Positions 27,301 to 35,981 of a DNA stretch of 64,000 nucleotides are shown here, one piece after another (positions within the stretch are counted from its first letter, which is position 1; every line of letters starts with the position of its first letter). Position numbers and translations under genes: made by a program. The DNA is taken from the NCBI GenBank assembly GCA_050012675.1, contig JBEKGS010000006.1, forward strand, positions 65,889-129,888, given 5' to 3'. Below the pieces are notes generated by a model that worked only from the letters and a program-made list of their open reading frames with translations, ran no database searches and was not told where the DNA came from. The DNA is from Acidimicrobiales bacterium (lineage in GTDB: Bacteria > Actinomycetota > Acidimicrobiia > Acidimicrobiales > Bog-793).

Positions 27301-27925
27301 GATGGGCCCGGTCAATCCCCTTGCCCTCGAAGAGCTCGCCGCCATCGAGGAGCGGGACCGCTTTCTCGCCGAACAGCTCGAGGACGTCCGCAACGCCCGG
27401 CGTGAGCTCGGAAGGGTCATCCGCGCCGTCGACCAAGAGATCGTGGGTGTCTTCACTCAGGCGTTCGCCGACGTCGCCCGGCACTTCGAGAGCCTGTTCA
27501 CGATGCTGTTCCCCGGGGGCACCGGTCGGCTCAGCCTCGTCGACCCGGAGGACCTGCTCTCGACCGGCATCGAGATCGAGGCCCGGCCAGCCGGGCGCAA
27601 TGTCCGGCGTCTCTCGCTGTTGTCGGGCGGCGAACGCTCGCTCGTCGCCCTGGCGTTCTTGTTCGCCGTGTTCCGCAGCCGCCCTTCCCCCTTCTATGTG
27701 ATGGACGAGGTCGAGGCGGCATTGGACGACGTGAACCTCCATCGTTTCCTCGATCTTGTCGAGGAGTTCCGGGCCGACGCCCAGCTCATTGTCGTGAGCC
27801 ACCAGAAGCGGACGATGGAGGCGGCCGACGTCCTCTACGGCGTGACCATGCAGCCCGGTGGGGCGTCGAAGGTGGTGAGCGAGCGGATGGGACGCCCGTC
27901 GGCCCGCAGTGCCGCCCTCGAGTAG
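24386..27925 (+). CDS. smc: Chromosome segregation protein SMC
   Basis: 1179 aa. Walker A GPNGSGKSN, long Ala/Glu/Arg coiled coils, hinge, signature LSGGERSLVALAFLFA, Walker B FYVMDEVEAALD. Confidence 0.95.
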   Translation: MFLKTLTLKGFKSFADPTTIELEPGITVVVGPNGSGKSNVVDAVAWVLGAQGPKVVRSTKMDDVIFAGTSRRPALGRAEVSLTIDNASRRLPVEVAEVTITRTLFRTGESEYALNGAPCRLLDIQELLSDAGVGRQQHVIVSQGQLDSVLQARPEDRRMVIEEAAGILKFRRRRERAERRLEASEQSLLRLQDLQREVRRQLRPLERQAEAARRHDGLVAELRALRLHLAGRELGSLSQRLETAERSHAALTGQEAAQRNELARLDDLVVSTESALTELQAQDGGDRLGRAERLLERQRGVANVVAERRRTVAGALAAVTQTDVIASLEAESARLAEDLSAAEAAAASFLPERERLESLGAELRRDELELEAGAGAQAPAAAQSPDPSSAAGQLDARSARQRHETALTRQSQAREELARLAERLASFDRLRDDHELRLAELAADLEASKLAEERLRGELERAVAAERTAEARQRGSEAGARVAEDRARSLDARAEALQAALDETRARAGAERLAGLPGVLGTLADVVDIDDGCERGFEAAVEDALGTVVVEGTAPAREALRHLHDAGLHGGVLPTGGVQAASPAPLPGQLAGRAELLRDRVRSPERRVGAVLDQLLAGVLLCRGGLMEALGLAEELPGSTIVTLEGDRLSARGWRIGAARSGATRAALETVRRDAEAAGALARTATEQAEADRETLEGARATAVEATRHYDNAVAARTQAQTAQVQLAQRLLQLEAGRNEVASAHQAAVGLLSAAEAELGLREAELAGAEGAELAALAVAAETARARKALDDRARALAASKAELEVRAAALEERKMLLATRRDEVERRLVGLDAARSDAGARRESLESTELALARIAGELVRLEVELTAVRDRLRTERRERELAVTGTVEKLRGLRDQRSAAERDLMAAREQLQRIELERAEARLRLETAVEALRRELECEPDDAMAAACPELPPGVPAQARVRELDRELRLMGPVNPLALEELAAIEERDRFLAEQLEDVRNARRELGRVIRAVDQEIVGVFTQAFADVARHFESLFTMLFPGGTGRLSLVDPEDLLSTGIEIEARPAGRNVRRLSLLSGGERSLVALAFLFAVFRSRPSPFYVMDEVEAALDDVNLHRFLDLVEEFRADAQLIVVSHQKRTMEAADVLYGVTMQPGGASKVVSERMGRPSARSAALE

Positions 27926-27957
27926 CGGGCGGCTTCCTGGCCTTTGTTCGCCGCCCG
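27926..27957 (+). terminator. GC-rich hairpin after smc
   Basis: CGGGCGGC (27926-33), a 16-nt loop, then GCCGCCCG (27950-57). It begins directly after the smc TAG. There is no U-tract, and ftsY starts 17 nt later. Confidence 0.35.
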
Positions 27958-27973
27958 GTAGTCTGCGCACGTC

Positions 27974-29083
27974 ATGACCCTCGTGATCATCCTCATCGTG
28001 GTCGCCGTCGTCGTTGTCGCCTCAGGCGTGCTCGTCGTCGGCACGCGGTCCCGCCGCCGCGCCGAGATCGCCCCGGGCGGCGCTACGAGACCTCGGGCAC
28101 CGGAGCCGTCCACGGCGCCGCCCGTGACACCCGCAGCCGAACCCGAGGCCGCGGCGGTGCCCGAGGCGCCGGCTGGCCCTCCCGCGCTGAAGGACCGGCT
28201 CGGGCGCGCCCGGGGCCTTTTGGCCGGCTACCTCGAACACGTCCGGGGCCGAAAGGCCATCGACGAGGCGACCTTCGAGGACCTCGAGGAGGCGCTCATC
28301 CTCGCGGACGTCGGAGTCAGCACCACAAACCGCGTCCTCGGCGAACTCCGGGACAGGCTGCGCAGCGGCGCCCTTTCCGCCAGCGACCCGCCCGCTCTGC
28401 TCAAGGCGCTTCAGGACGATCTCGTCTCGATGTTCGACGGCGACGTGGAGTCGCTCGCCTACGCCGAGGGAGGGGGCCCGACCGTGTGGCTCTTCGTCGG
28501 CGTGAACGGGGTCGGCAAGACCACGACCATCGGCAAGCTCGCCCTGCGGGAGACCAAAGCCGGGCGGGCAGTCGTGCTCGCGGCCGGGGACACGTTCCGG
28601 GCGGCTGCAGGAGAGCAGCTCGAGTCCTGGGCCGAACGTGCCGACGCCCGGATCGTCAGAGGCTCCGACGGCGCGGATCCCTCCTCGGTCATCTTCGACG
28701 CCGTTCAGCACGCGGCCTCCCGGGGCGCGGGACTGGTCCTCGCCGACACCGCCGGGCGACTGCACACCAAAGTGAACCTCATGGACGAGCTGCGCAAGGT
28801 GCGGCGCGTGGCGGAGCGACCTCCTGGCCAGCTGACCGAGGTGCTCCTCGTGCTCGACGCAACCACCGGCCAGAACGGGGTCGCCCAGGCCCGTCAGTTC
28901 ACCGAGGCCGTCGACGTGACAGGCATCGTGCTCACCAAGCTCGACGGCACGGCCAAAGGTGGCGTGGTGCTGGCGATCAGGTCCGAGCTCGGGCTGCCGA
29001 TCAAGCTGGTCGGCGTCGGCGAGGGCGCCACGGACCTCGTGCCGTTCGACCCGGCGGAATTCGTCTCGGCGCTGTTCGGCTGA
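27974..29083 (+). CDS. ftsY: Signal recognition particle receptor FtsY
   Basis: 369 aa. N-terminal TM helix plus a Pro/Ala-rich region. GVNGVGKTTT, DTAGR, TKLDGTAKGG. Confidence 0.95.
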   Translation: MTLVIILIVVAVVVVASGVLVVGTRSRRRAEIAPGGATRPRAPEPSTAPPVTPAAEPEAAAVPEAPAGPPALKDRLGRARGLLAGYLEHVRGRKAIDEATFEDLEEALILADVGVSTTNRVLGELRDRLRSGALSASDPPALLKALQDDLVSMFDGDVESLAYAEGGGPTVWLFVGVNGVGKTTTIGKLALRETKAGRAVVLAAGDTFRAAAGEQLESWAERADARIVRGSDGADPSSVIFDAVQHAASRGAGLVLADTAGRLHTKVNLMDELRKVRRVAERPPGQLTEVLLVLDATTGQNGVAQARQFTEAVDVTGIVLTKLDGTAKGGVVLAIRSELGLPIKLVGVGEGATDLVPFDPAEFVSALFG

Positions 29084-29145
29084 GACGAGCGTTTCGTCCT
29101 CGCCATCGGTGCCGGGGCCTCGGCCCGACTAACCTGAGCTGACTC

Positions 29146-30546
29146 ATGTTCGACACATTGACCGATCGTTTCGAGACAATCTTCACGCGTCTTCGCGGCC
29201 GCGGCCGGCTCGGCGACGCCGAGGTCGCCGAGGTTCTGCGCGAGATCCGCGTGGCGCTGTTAGAAGCCGACGTCAACCTCGCGGTCGCCCGCGAGCTCAT
29301 CGAGGCCATCCGCGCCCGGTGCAGCGGGGCTGAGCTCGCCAAGTACCTCACCCCTGCCCAGCAGGTCATCAAGGTGGTGAACGAGGAACTGACGGCCATC
29401 TTGGGCGGCGAGGCGCTGAAGATCAGCTACGCCTCCAAGCCCCCCACGGTCGTGCTGCTCGCTGGCTTGCAAGGCTCTGGCAAGACCACCGTTTCCGCCA
29501 AGCTCGCCCGTTGGTTCCGCCAGCAGGGCCGCCATCCCTATCTCATCGGTGCCGACCTGCAGCGGCCTGCCGCCGTCGAGCAGCTGCGTGTGCTCGGCGC
29601 CGAGGTCGGTGTCGGCGTCTTCTCGGAGCCGAGCGATCCGGTCTCGGTCGCGCGGGAGGGCTTGACCGAGGCCCAGCGCCTGGGCCGCGATGTCGTCATC
29701 ATCGACACCGCCGGCCGCCTCGCAATCGACCGGGAGCTGATGGACGAGGTGAAGCGGATCTCGGACGCCGTGCGCCCGCACTACACCTTCTTCGTCGTCG
29801 ACGCCATGACCGGTCAAGACGCCGTACAGACAGCCGAGGCCTTCCACCAGGCCCTGCAGCTCGACGGCATCATCTTGACCAAGGTCGACGGTGACGCCCG
29901 GGGCGGGGCCGCCCTCTCGGTGAAGAAGGTGGTCGGACGGCCGATCGCGTTCTTGTCCACAGGAGAGCGCGTTGCCGACTTCGAGACGTTCCACCCCGAT
30001 CGTCTCGCCAGCCGGATCCTCGGAATGGGCGACGTGCTCAGCCTCATCGAGAAGGCGGAGCGCGAGTACGACGAAGAGGTCACCGGCCAGGCGCTCCAGC
30101 GCCTGCAGGCCGGCACCTTCACTCTCGACGATTTTCTCGATCAGCTCCGCCAGCTCAAGAAGATGGGCCCGCTCACGGGGCTGTTGTCGATGATGCCGGG
30201 CGTCCCGAAACAGATGCGTGACGCCAAGGTCGACGACCGCGACGTCGCCAAGATCGAGGCCATCATCTGCTCGATGACACCGCTCGAACGCGCCGACCCG
30301 ACGGTGCTGGACGGGTCGCGTCGGCTGAGGATCGCGCACGGAAGTGGCACCTCCACCACCGAGGTCAATAATCTCCTGCGGCAGTTCAAGGAGATGCAGA
30401 AGATGATGCGGGGCATCGGGCCGATGGCCAAGCTCGTGGGCGGTGGCCGGCCCGGTAACCCGTCCAAGTCGAGCAAGGGCACCCGTAAGAAAGCAAAGGG
30501 CGGTCGCGTGACCCCGTCCTCGAAGGGCCTCGGCCCGAGCCGCTAG
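29146..30546 (+). CDS. ffh: Signal recognition particle protein Ffh
   Basis: 466 aa. [24 protein letters not shown], Met-rich M domain and a basic tail. Confidence 0.95.
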   Translation: MFDTLTDRFETIFTRLRGRGRLGDAEVAEVLREIRVALLEADVNLAVARELIEAIRARCSGAELAKYLTPAQQVIKVVNEELTAILGGEALKISYASKPPTVVLLAGLQGSGKTTVSAKLARWFRQQGRHPYLIGADLQRPAAVEQLRVLGAEVGVGVFSEPSDPVSVAREGLTEAQRLGRDVVIIDTAGRLAIDRELMDEVKRISDAVRPHYTFFVVDAMTGQDAVQTAEAFHQALQLDGIILTKVDGDARGGAALSVKKVVGRPIAFLSTGERVADFETFHPDRLASRILGMGDVLSLIEKAEREYDEEVTGQALQRLQAGTFTLDDFLDQLRQLKKMGPLTGLLSMMPGVPKQMRDAKVDDRDVAKIEAIICSMTPLERADPTVLDGSRRLRIAHGSGTSTTEVNNLLRQFKEMQKMMRGIGPMAKLVGGGRPGNPSKSSKGTRKKAKGGRVTPSSKGLGPSR

Positions 30547-30578
30547 TCGTCTCCACCACGAAAGAAGGAAGAAACCCC

Positions 30579-30986
30579 GTGACCGTCAAGCTCCGCCTCA
30601 TGCGCATGGGCAAGAAGAAGCAGCCCACCTACCGCGTCGTCGTCGCCGACAGCCGCTCACCTCGCGACGGGCGCTTTATCGAGGCCGTCGGCACCTACGC
30701 GCCTCGCATGGAGCCGTCGACCATCGAGATCGACAACGAAAAGGTGCTGGACTGGCTGGCCAAGGGCGCGCAACCGACCGAGACGGTGCGCAAACTGCTC
30801 GTGATCTCGGGAGCCTGGGAACGGTTCGAGTCGAACCGTCCTCCGAAGAAGGTCTCCGAGCGTCATGTCCGCCCGGGCCGTTCCAAGGCGCCAGCCAAGA
30901 AGGCACCTGCCAAGAAGGCGGCTCCCGGCAAGGCCGCGGCTGCAGCAGTTGCCTCCCATGACTCGCAAGCCGAAGCCGAGAGCTGA
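30579..30986 (+). CDS. rpsP: 30S ribosomal protein S16 with Ala/Lys-rich C-terminal extension
   Basis: 135 aa. [33 protein letters not shown]. Confidence 0.9.
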   Translation: MTVKLRLMRMGKKKQPTYRVVVADSRSPRDGRFIEAVGTYAPRMEPSTIEIDNEKVLDWLAKGAQPTETVRKLLVISGAWERFESNRPPKKVSERHVRPGRSKAPAKKAPAKKAAPGKAAAAAVASHDSQAEAES

Positions 30987-30994
30987 GTGACACC

Positions 30995-31477
30995 ATGACC
31001 GACACCGGAAGCAACCCGTTCGCCGAGCCAGACTTCAGTGCCTTCACGTCCCCGCAGGAGGACGTTTCAGATGAGGCCTATGGCGACGAGAACCAAGAGG
31101 ACATCGAGGACGAGGACGAGGACGAGTTCGACGAGGGCGAGGATTTCGACGACCTAGGAGAGGCGCCCGCGCGGCCGGCTGGAGCAGTCGGCCACGACGA
31201 CGAGGTGACCGACGAGGACGCGGGCAACCGCGTTGAAGGCGGTACGGCGCGGTCGGTGCTCGAGCATGTCGCCCGTGCCATCGTGGACGACCCGGAGGGC
31301 GTCGCGGTCGACGTGGGTGAGACCCGCGGCGGCATCCGCCTTTCCCTTCGCGTCGCCCAGGGCGACATGGGGCGGATCATCGGGCGCCGAGGCCGCACCG
31401 CGCAGGCGCTGCGTACCCTCGTGCGGGCGGCTGCAGCCCGCGACGGCCAGGAGGCATCGGTCGACATCGTCGACTGA
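30995..31477 (+). CDS. KH-domain RNA-binding protein (YlqC-like) with long acidic N-terminal extension
   Basis: 160 aa. C-terminal KH core VAVDVGETRGGIRLSLRVAQGDMGRIIGRRGRTAQALRTLV (GxxG). The first ~80 aa are Asp/Glu-rich. Confidence 0.75.
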   Translation: MTDTGSNPFAEPDFSAFTSPQEDVSDEAYGDENQEDIEDEDEDEFDEGEDFDDLGEAPARPAGAVGHDDEVTDEDAGNRVEGGTARSVLEHVARAIVDDPEGVAVDVGETRGGIRLSLRVAQGDMGRIIGRRGRTAQALRTLVRAAAARDGQEASVDIVD

Positions 31478-31484
31478 GCACGAG

Positions 31485-32045
31485 ATGGTGCCGAGGTCGA
31501 GTGGCGACGAGGACGATCGGCCACTCCTCGAGATAGGCCGGATCGCGCGGCCCCATGGTCTGACGGGCGAGGTCGTGGTCACGCTCGTCACCAACCGCAC
31601 CGAGCGGCTCGTCCCCGGGACCAAGCTCACGTGTTATCTGCCCGCCGCCTCGGCTCCGGGGCAGGCAGGCTTGCCCGATCCGCCCCCGAGGACGAAAGGG
31701 TCTGGGGCTCGGACGGTCGAAGTGCGCAGCTCCCGAGCCTTCAAGGGGCGCTACCTGGTCGAGTTTGAAGGTGTCCATACCCGCGAGGCCGCCGACGAGC
31801 TCCGAGGTGCCGTGCTCGCGGCATCACCGGTCGAAGACCCCGAGGCCATGTTCGTCCATGACCTGGTCGGCAGCGAGGTCGTCGAGGTCGACGGGACCCG
31901 GCGCGGGAGGGTGGTCGCCGTGCAGGCAAACCCGGCGAGCGATCTGCTCGTCATGGAGGACGGGAACCTCGTGCCGCTCAGATTCGTGGTCAGCCGCGAG
32001 CCAGACGTGCTCTTGGTCGATGTGCCGGTCGGGCTGTTCGAGTGA
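31485..32045 (+). CDS. rimM: 16S rRNA processing protein RimM
   Basis: Lies in the frame of ORF 31233..32045, starting at ATG 31485. LEIGRIARPHGLTGEVVV, and position between the KH gene and trmD. Confidence 0.85.
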   Translation: MVPRSSGDEDDRPLLEIGRIARPHGLTGEVVVTLVTNRTERLVPGTKLTCYLPAASAPGQAGLPDPPPRTKGSGARTVEVRSSRAFKGRYLVEFEGVHTREAADELRGAVLAASPVEDPEAMFVHDLVGSEVVEVDGTRRGRVVAVQANPASDLLVMEDGNLVPLRFVVSREPDVLLVDVPVGLFE

Positions 32046-32113
32046 CCGGGGGCGAAGTGACGACGCCTTTGACGCCGCCCGCGGGGGCTCTCGACGAGGC
32101 GGGGAGGCCGGCG

Positions 32114-32968
32114 TTGCGCATTGACGTCTTCACGATCTTTCCCGAGGTGGTCGACGCCTACTGCACGACCAGCGTCGTTGGAAGGGCACGACGGGACGGG
32201 CTCGTCGATCTCCGCATTCACGACCTGCGCCTGGCAGCGAGCGACCCACATCGCACTGTGGACGACGCGCCATTCGGCGGCGGGGCCGGCATGGTGCTCG
32301 CCCCCGAACCGGTCTTCGGGGCCGTCGAGCTCGTCGATCCTCCGCGACCTCTCTACCTGCTTGCCCCCGGGGGCCGGCGCTTCGACCAGTCGGTCGCCGC
32401 CGAGCTCGCGGGCACGGTAGGCGCCACGCCGCCCACGAGACCGGCGGCCTTCTCACTGCTGTGCGGGCGTTACGAAGGTGTGGACCAGCGGATCGCCGAC
32501 TACCTGGTCGACGGTGAGCTCTCCATAGGCGACTTCGTGCTTGCCGGCGGCGAGCTGGCCGCCATGGTCGTGGTCGAGGCGACGGCGCGGCTGGTCCCCG
32601 GCGTGCTCGGCAATGCCGCCTCGGCGGGCGACGAGAGCTTCACGACCGGGCTCCTCGAGTACCCGCAGTACACGCGCCCGGCCGTGTTCCGGGGTTGGGA
32701 AGTCCCCGAGGTACTGCGCGGGGGCGATCATGGCCGTGTCGAACGATGGCGCCGCGCGGCGGCGCTCTGGCGCACGCTGCAGCAGCGGCCCGACCTTTTG
32801 GAAGCCCGCGGCGGCGTTTCGAGCGACGAGGTGCGCCTGCTCTCCGAGCACGGCTATCCTCTAGGTGCCTACGGAACGGGACGAGCCGAACGGTCGGACT
32901 CGGAATCCGGTAAGCGGCAAACTGCCGGTGACCCGTCCGATCGCCTCGAGGAGCGTGACTTGTCATGA
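32114..32968 (+). CDS. trmD: tRNA (guanine37-N1)-methyltransferase TrmD
   Basis: ORF 32042..32968. TTG 32114 lies 6 nt after GGGGAGG and gives the canonical N-terminus (M)[13 protein letters not shown] 32042 (GTGA overlap with rimM) is the alternative. [13 protein letters not shown] and [10 protein letters not shown] are present. Confidence 0.9.
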   Translation: MRIDVFTIFPEVVDAYCTTSVVGRARRDGLVDLRIHDLRLAASDPHRTVDDAPFGGGAGMVLAPEPVFGAVELVDPPRPLYLLAPGGRRFDQSVAAELAGTVGATPPTRPAAFSLLCGRYEGVDQRIADYLVDGELSIGDFVLAGGELAAMVVVEATARLVPGVLGNAASAGDESFTTGLLEYPQYTRPAVFRGWEVPEVLRGGDHGRVERWRRAAALWRTLQQRPDLLEARGGVSSDEVRLLSEHGYPLGAYGTGRAERSDSESGKRQTAGDPSDRLEERDLS

Positions 32969-33315
32969 ACCCCACTGACCTCATCGACCGCGAGAGCCTT
33001 CGCGACGACATTCCGGAGTTCCGGCCCGGGGACATATTGAAGGTGCACGTGCGAGTCGTAGAAGGCAACCGGGAGCGCGTCCAGGTCTTCCAGGGCGCCG
33101 CCATCCGTCGTCAGGGTTCTGGCATCCGCGAGACCTTCACGGTGCGCAAGGTGAGCTTCGGGGTCGGTGTCGAGCGCACCTTTCCGGTCCACTCGCCGAT
33201 CATCGCGAAGATCGAGCGGGTCACCGAGGGAGACGTGCGCCGCGCCAAGCTGTACTACCTGCGTGATCGCGCCGGCAAGGCGGCGAAGATCAAGGAGAAG
33301 CGAGACGTCCGCTGA
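32965..33315 (+). CDS. rplS: 50S ribosomal protein L19
   Basis: 116 aa. [28 protein letters not shown]..., with ATGA overlap with trmD. Confidence 0.95.
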   Translation: MNPTDLIDRESLRDDIPEFRPGDILKVHVRVVEGNRERVQVFQGAAIRRQGSGIRETFTVRKVSFGVGVERTFPVHSPIIAKIERVTEGDVRRAKLYYLRDRAGKAAKIKEKRDVR

Positions 33316-33469
33316 GACGCGGTGCGAGCTCGTCGTCCGCGATCACGAGACTGCGGAGTCACCTGGCCCGCGCGCCCCGGGGACCGGTGCCGTGCTAGGC
33401 AAGCGGCCATGAGCGCCGAGGAGGACCTCGACCAGTTCGAGGCGGAAGTGGAGCTCGAGCTCTACCGCC

Positions 33470-33694
33470 GTGTTCTCGATGTTCCGCTACGTCGTCGAGA
33501 CCGAGCGCCGTTTCTACCTGGCCAACAGCGTCCAGGTCACGCCCAAGTCGGGGCCCGGCGCCACTTACTTCGAGGTCGAGCTCGGCGACGCGTGGGTCTG
33601 GGACATGTACCGACAGGCGCGCTTTGTGTCATCGGTGCACGTGGTCACCTACAAAGACGTGAACGTCGAGGCACTGCCGAAAGACGAGGTCTGA
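33470..33694 (+). CDS. DUF2469 family protein, C-terminal 74 codons (N-terminal 20 codons lie in another frame from ATG 33409)
   Basis: VFSMFRYVVETERRFYLANSVQV...WVWDMYRQARFVSSVHVVTYKDVNVE matches the DUF2469 core as I remember it. The family-typical N-terminus MSAEEDLDQFEAEVELELYR is encoded at 33409-33468 in the neighbouring frame. See findings. Confidence 0.7.
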   Translation: MFSMFRYVVETERRFYLANSVQVTPKSGPGATYFEVELGDAWVWDMYRQARFVSSVHVVTYKDVNVEALPKDEV

Positions 33695-33769
33695 CAGGGC
33701 GCCTCCCGCGCCGCTGTTCCACAGGCAGAACCGGCGTTCCGGCCCAGGCGCCGGTCTTGATGCCAGCCG

Positions 33770-34165
33770 TCACCGCCCAGTCGGGCGCCGGCGTGCACGG
33801 TGTTCCCAGCAGGGAGAATGCCAGTGCCGCCGACCTGTGGGGTCGGACACCGGGACTATCACGAGATGCCCGGTTCCCGGCCGGATCTCCTGGTTGCAGC
33901 CGGGGCATATGTAGGTCTTGTCCGCCTGGTAGGGCTGTACCCGGCGGATCTGCGCCGTTCCGGCTCCCATCGGGTCTTCGACGAAGGAGCGCTCGGCTGC
34001 TCTGAGCCAGTTCGTGGCCCGGTCGTCCGCGCCGCCCGCCTGGCCGTCCCTGCGGGAGCGGGCACGCCCCTGAGCAGCATTGCGAGGCGGCTGGCGGTGT
34101 GGGGACCTGCGTGGCACGCCACTGATTGTTGCAGGCCGTCGGCTTGGCGATGGCGACCCGCCCAT
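33770..34165 (-). CDS. Small conserved zinc-ribbon protein (CPxC...HxxC), function unknown
   Basis: 131 aa. Arg-rich N-terminus, then KTYICPGCNQEIRPGTGHLVIVPV...RRHWHSPCWEHR. It resembles small actinobacterial proteins often labelled ATP/GTP-binding protein. The start is uncertain. Confidence 0.55.
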   Translation of the reverse strand: MGGSPSPSRRPATISGVPRRSPHRQPPRNAAQGRARSRRDGQAGGADDRATNWLRAAERSFVEDPMGAGTAQIRRVQPYQADKTYICPGCNQEIRPGTGHLVIVPVSDPTGRRHWHSPCWEHRARRRPTGR

Positions 34166-34208
34166 GTCCCGGTGACGTCAGGGCCTTCCGGTCGGGAAAC
34201 GAGGACTG

Positions 34209-35981
34209 TCAAGCGACGTGACAAGTGTCGTGATGGTCTCGCGCGATCGCGGCGTCGAGCCCGCCTGAGTCTGCGAGCCAGGCTTCGAGCTTCTCGGCGG
34301 GCAGGGGCCTGCTCACGTAGTAGCCCTGCACCAGGTGACAGCCCAGCTCTTCCAGACGCTGCAGGACTATGGCCGTCTCGACGCCTTCGGCCACGACCTG
34401 CTTGCCGAGGTTGCGCGCGAGGTCGATCGTGGAGCGCACGATGACCTCCTTGTCGGCAGAACTGTTCATGTTCGTGACGAAGGAGCGGTCGATCTTGATC
34501 TCGTCTACAGGCAGTCGTGTCAGATAAGTCAGCGACGAGTAGCCGGTCCCGAAGTCGTCGACCGAGAGCCGGACACCCATCTTGGCCAGGCGGGCCAGCA
34601 CCGCCTCGGTCCGCAGCGGGTCTGAGATGACGGCGCTCTCGGTGATCTCGAGCACGAGTCGATCGGCCGATACGCCGTTGAGCTCCAAGAGGTAGGCGAC
34701 GTCAGCTGGGAGGTCGGCGTCGATGAGGTTCCGCATCGCCAGGTTGACGGCGACCCTCATGGGTCGCCCGAGCTCGGACCAGGAACGGCACTGGCGCAGG
34801 GCCCGGTCGAGCACGTAGTGGGTGAGAGGCTTGATCAGGCCCGTTTCTTGCACGAGGGGGATGAACTCGTCCGGCGGCACGAGGCCTCTTTGTGGGTGTT
34901 GCCAGCGGATCAGGGCTTCAACGGCCATGACGCTGCCCGTGGACAGGGTCAGCTGGGGCTGGTAGTAGAGCACGAGCTCCTCGCGTTCCAGTGCATCACG
35001 CAGCTCTCCGATGAGAGCCAGACGGTCCGGCGTGTGCGGGTCTGTGGCGCTCTCGTAAACGGCGAACCCCCCGTTCGCGGCCTTGGCCGCGTACATGGCG
35101 ACGTCGGCGTGCTGTATCAGGACGTCGGCATCACCGCCATCTTTGGGAAACGATGCGAGCCCGATGCTGGCGTCCACGCGAAGCGGCAGGTCCTGGACGA
35201 CGATCGGCTCTTCGAGGCAGCTCGAAACCCGCGAGACGACCGAGGTGGCGTCGGACTCCGAGGCGTTGCGGAGAAGGATGGAGAACTCGTCGCCACCGAG
35301 CCTTGCAATCGAGTCGCTCTCCCTCGTCACCCTCGACAGTCGCCAGGCAACCTCCCTCAGCACCTCGTCGCCGGCCGCGTGGCCAAGGGTGTCGTTGATC
35401 TCCTTGAATCGGTCCAAGTCGAGCATCAAAAGGACGAGCTTCTGGTTGTCGCGCTGTGCCGCCATAAGTGCGTGCTTCAACCGCTCATGGAACAGGCTGC
35501 GGTTCGGCAGGCCGGTGAGACCGTCGTACAGGGCCTGATGGCGCAGTTGCTCCTCGGCTTCGTCGCGGGCCCGCTCAGCCGCCTTCTGCTCGGTTATGTC
35601 GCGGACGAGAAGGCAGAGTTTCCGTGAGGAGCCTTCCGGTCCGGCGATCGGTGCGACCCTGCCCTGGAACCATCGCATGCCCGCCGGGACATCGAGACGG
35701 TACTCCCAGAACTGAGGCCGGTCGGTTTCGAGTACCTGGTCGATGACCCTGGCCAGGCTGAGGCCTATCTCGTCGCCGAGCGCCTCACGGTGCGTCTTTC
35801 CGAGCAGCTCGTCGCGGGGCACCGCCAGCAGGCTGTCGTTGGCGGTCCAGATCTCGAGGTAGGTGCCGTTCTCGTCGAGCTCGAAAACGAGATCGTCAAG
35901 CGAGGACAACAGCGCCTTGAGGCGGGCTCCGCTCTCACGCAGGGCCTCGGTCGCTTCCAGGTGCTCGACGGCGTCGCTCAC
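34209..35981 (-). CDS. PAS-GGDEF-EAL protein (diguanylate cyclase/phosphodiesterase)
   Basis: 590 aa. N-terminal PAS-like region. The RESD I-site is separated by five residues (SIARL) from LGGDEF. EAL domain has EALIRW, DDFGTGYSSL, EIKIDRSF and VAEGVET. GTG start. Confidence 0.9.
   Translation of the reverse strand: MSDAVEHLEATEALRESGARLKALLSSLDDLVFELDENGTYLEIWTANDSLLAVPRDELLGKTHREALGDEIGLSLARVIDQVLETDRPQFWEYRLDVPAGMRWFQGRVAPIAGPEGSSRKLCLLVRDITEQKAAERARDEAEEQLRHQALYDGLTGLPNRSLFHERLKHALMAAQRDNQKLVLLMLDLDRFKEINDTLGHAAGDEVLREVAWRLSRVTRESDSIARLGGDEFSILLRNASESDATSVVSRVSSCLEEPIVVQDLPLRVDASIGLASFPKDGGDADVLIQHADVAMYAAKAANGGFAVYESATDPHTPDRLALIGELRDALEREELVLYYQPQLTLSTGSVMAVEALIRWQHPQRGLVPPDEFIPLVQETGLIKPLTHYVLDRALRQCRSWSELGRPMRVAVNLAMRNLIDADLPADVAYLLELNGVSADRLVLEITESAVISDPLRTEAVLARLAKMGVRLSVDDFGTGYSSLTYLTRLPVDEIKIDRSFVTNMNSSADKEVIVRSTIDLARNLGKQVVAEGVETAIVLQRLEELGCHLVQGYYVSRPLPAEKLEAWLADSGGLDAAIARDHHDTCHVA

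Noticed and set aside
30821-30839. The 19-nt palindrome ACGGTTCGAGTCGAACCGT, containing a GGTTCGA T-arm-like string. I considered a tRNA fragment or an attachment site.
   Set aside because: It lies in frame inside rpsP ([10 protein letters not shown]). There is no acceptor or anticodon arm context and no second copy in the window. It is probably coincidental.
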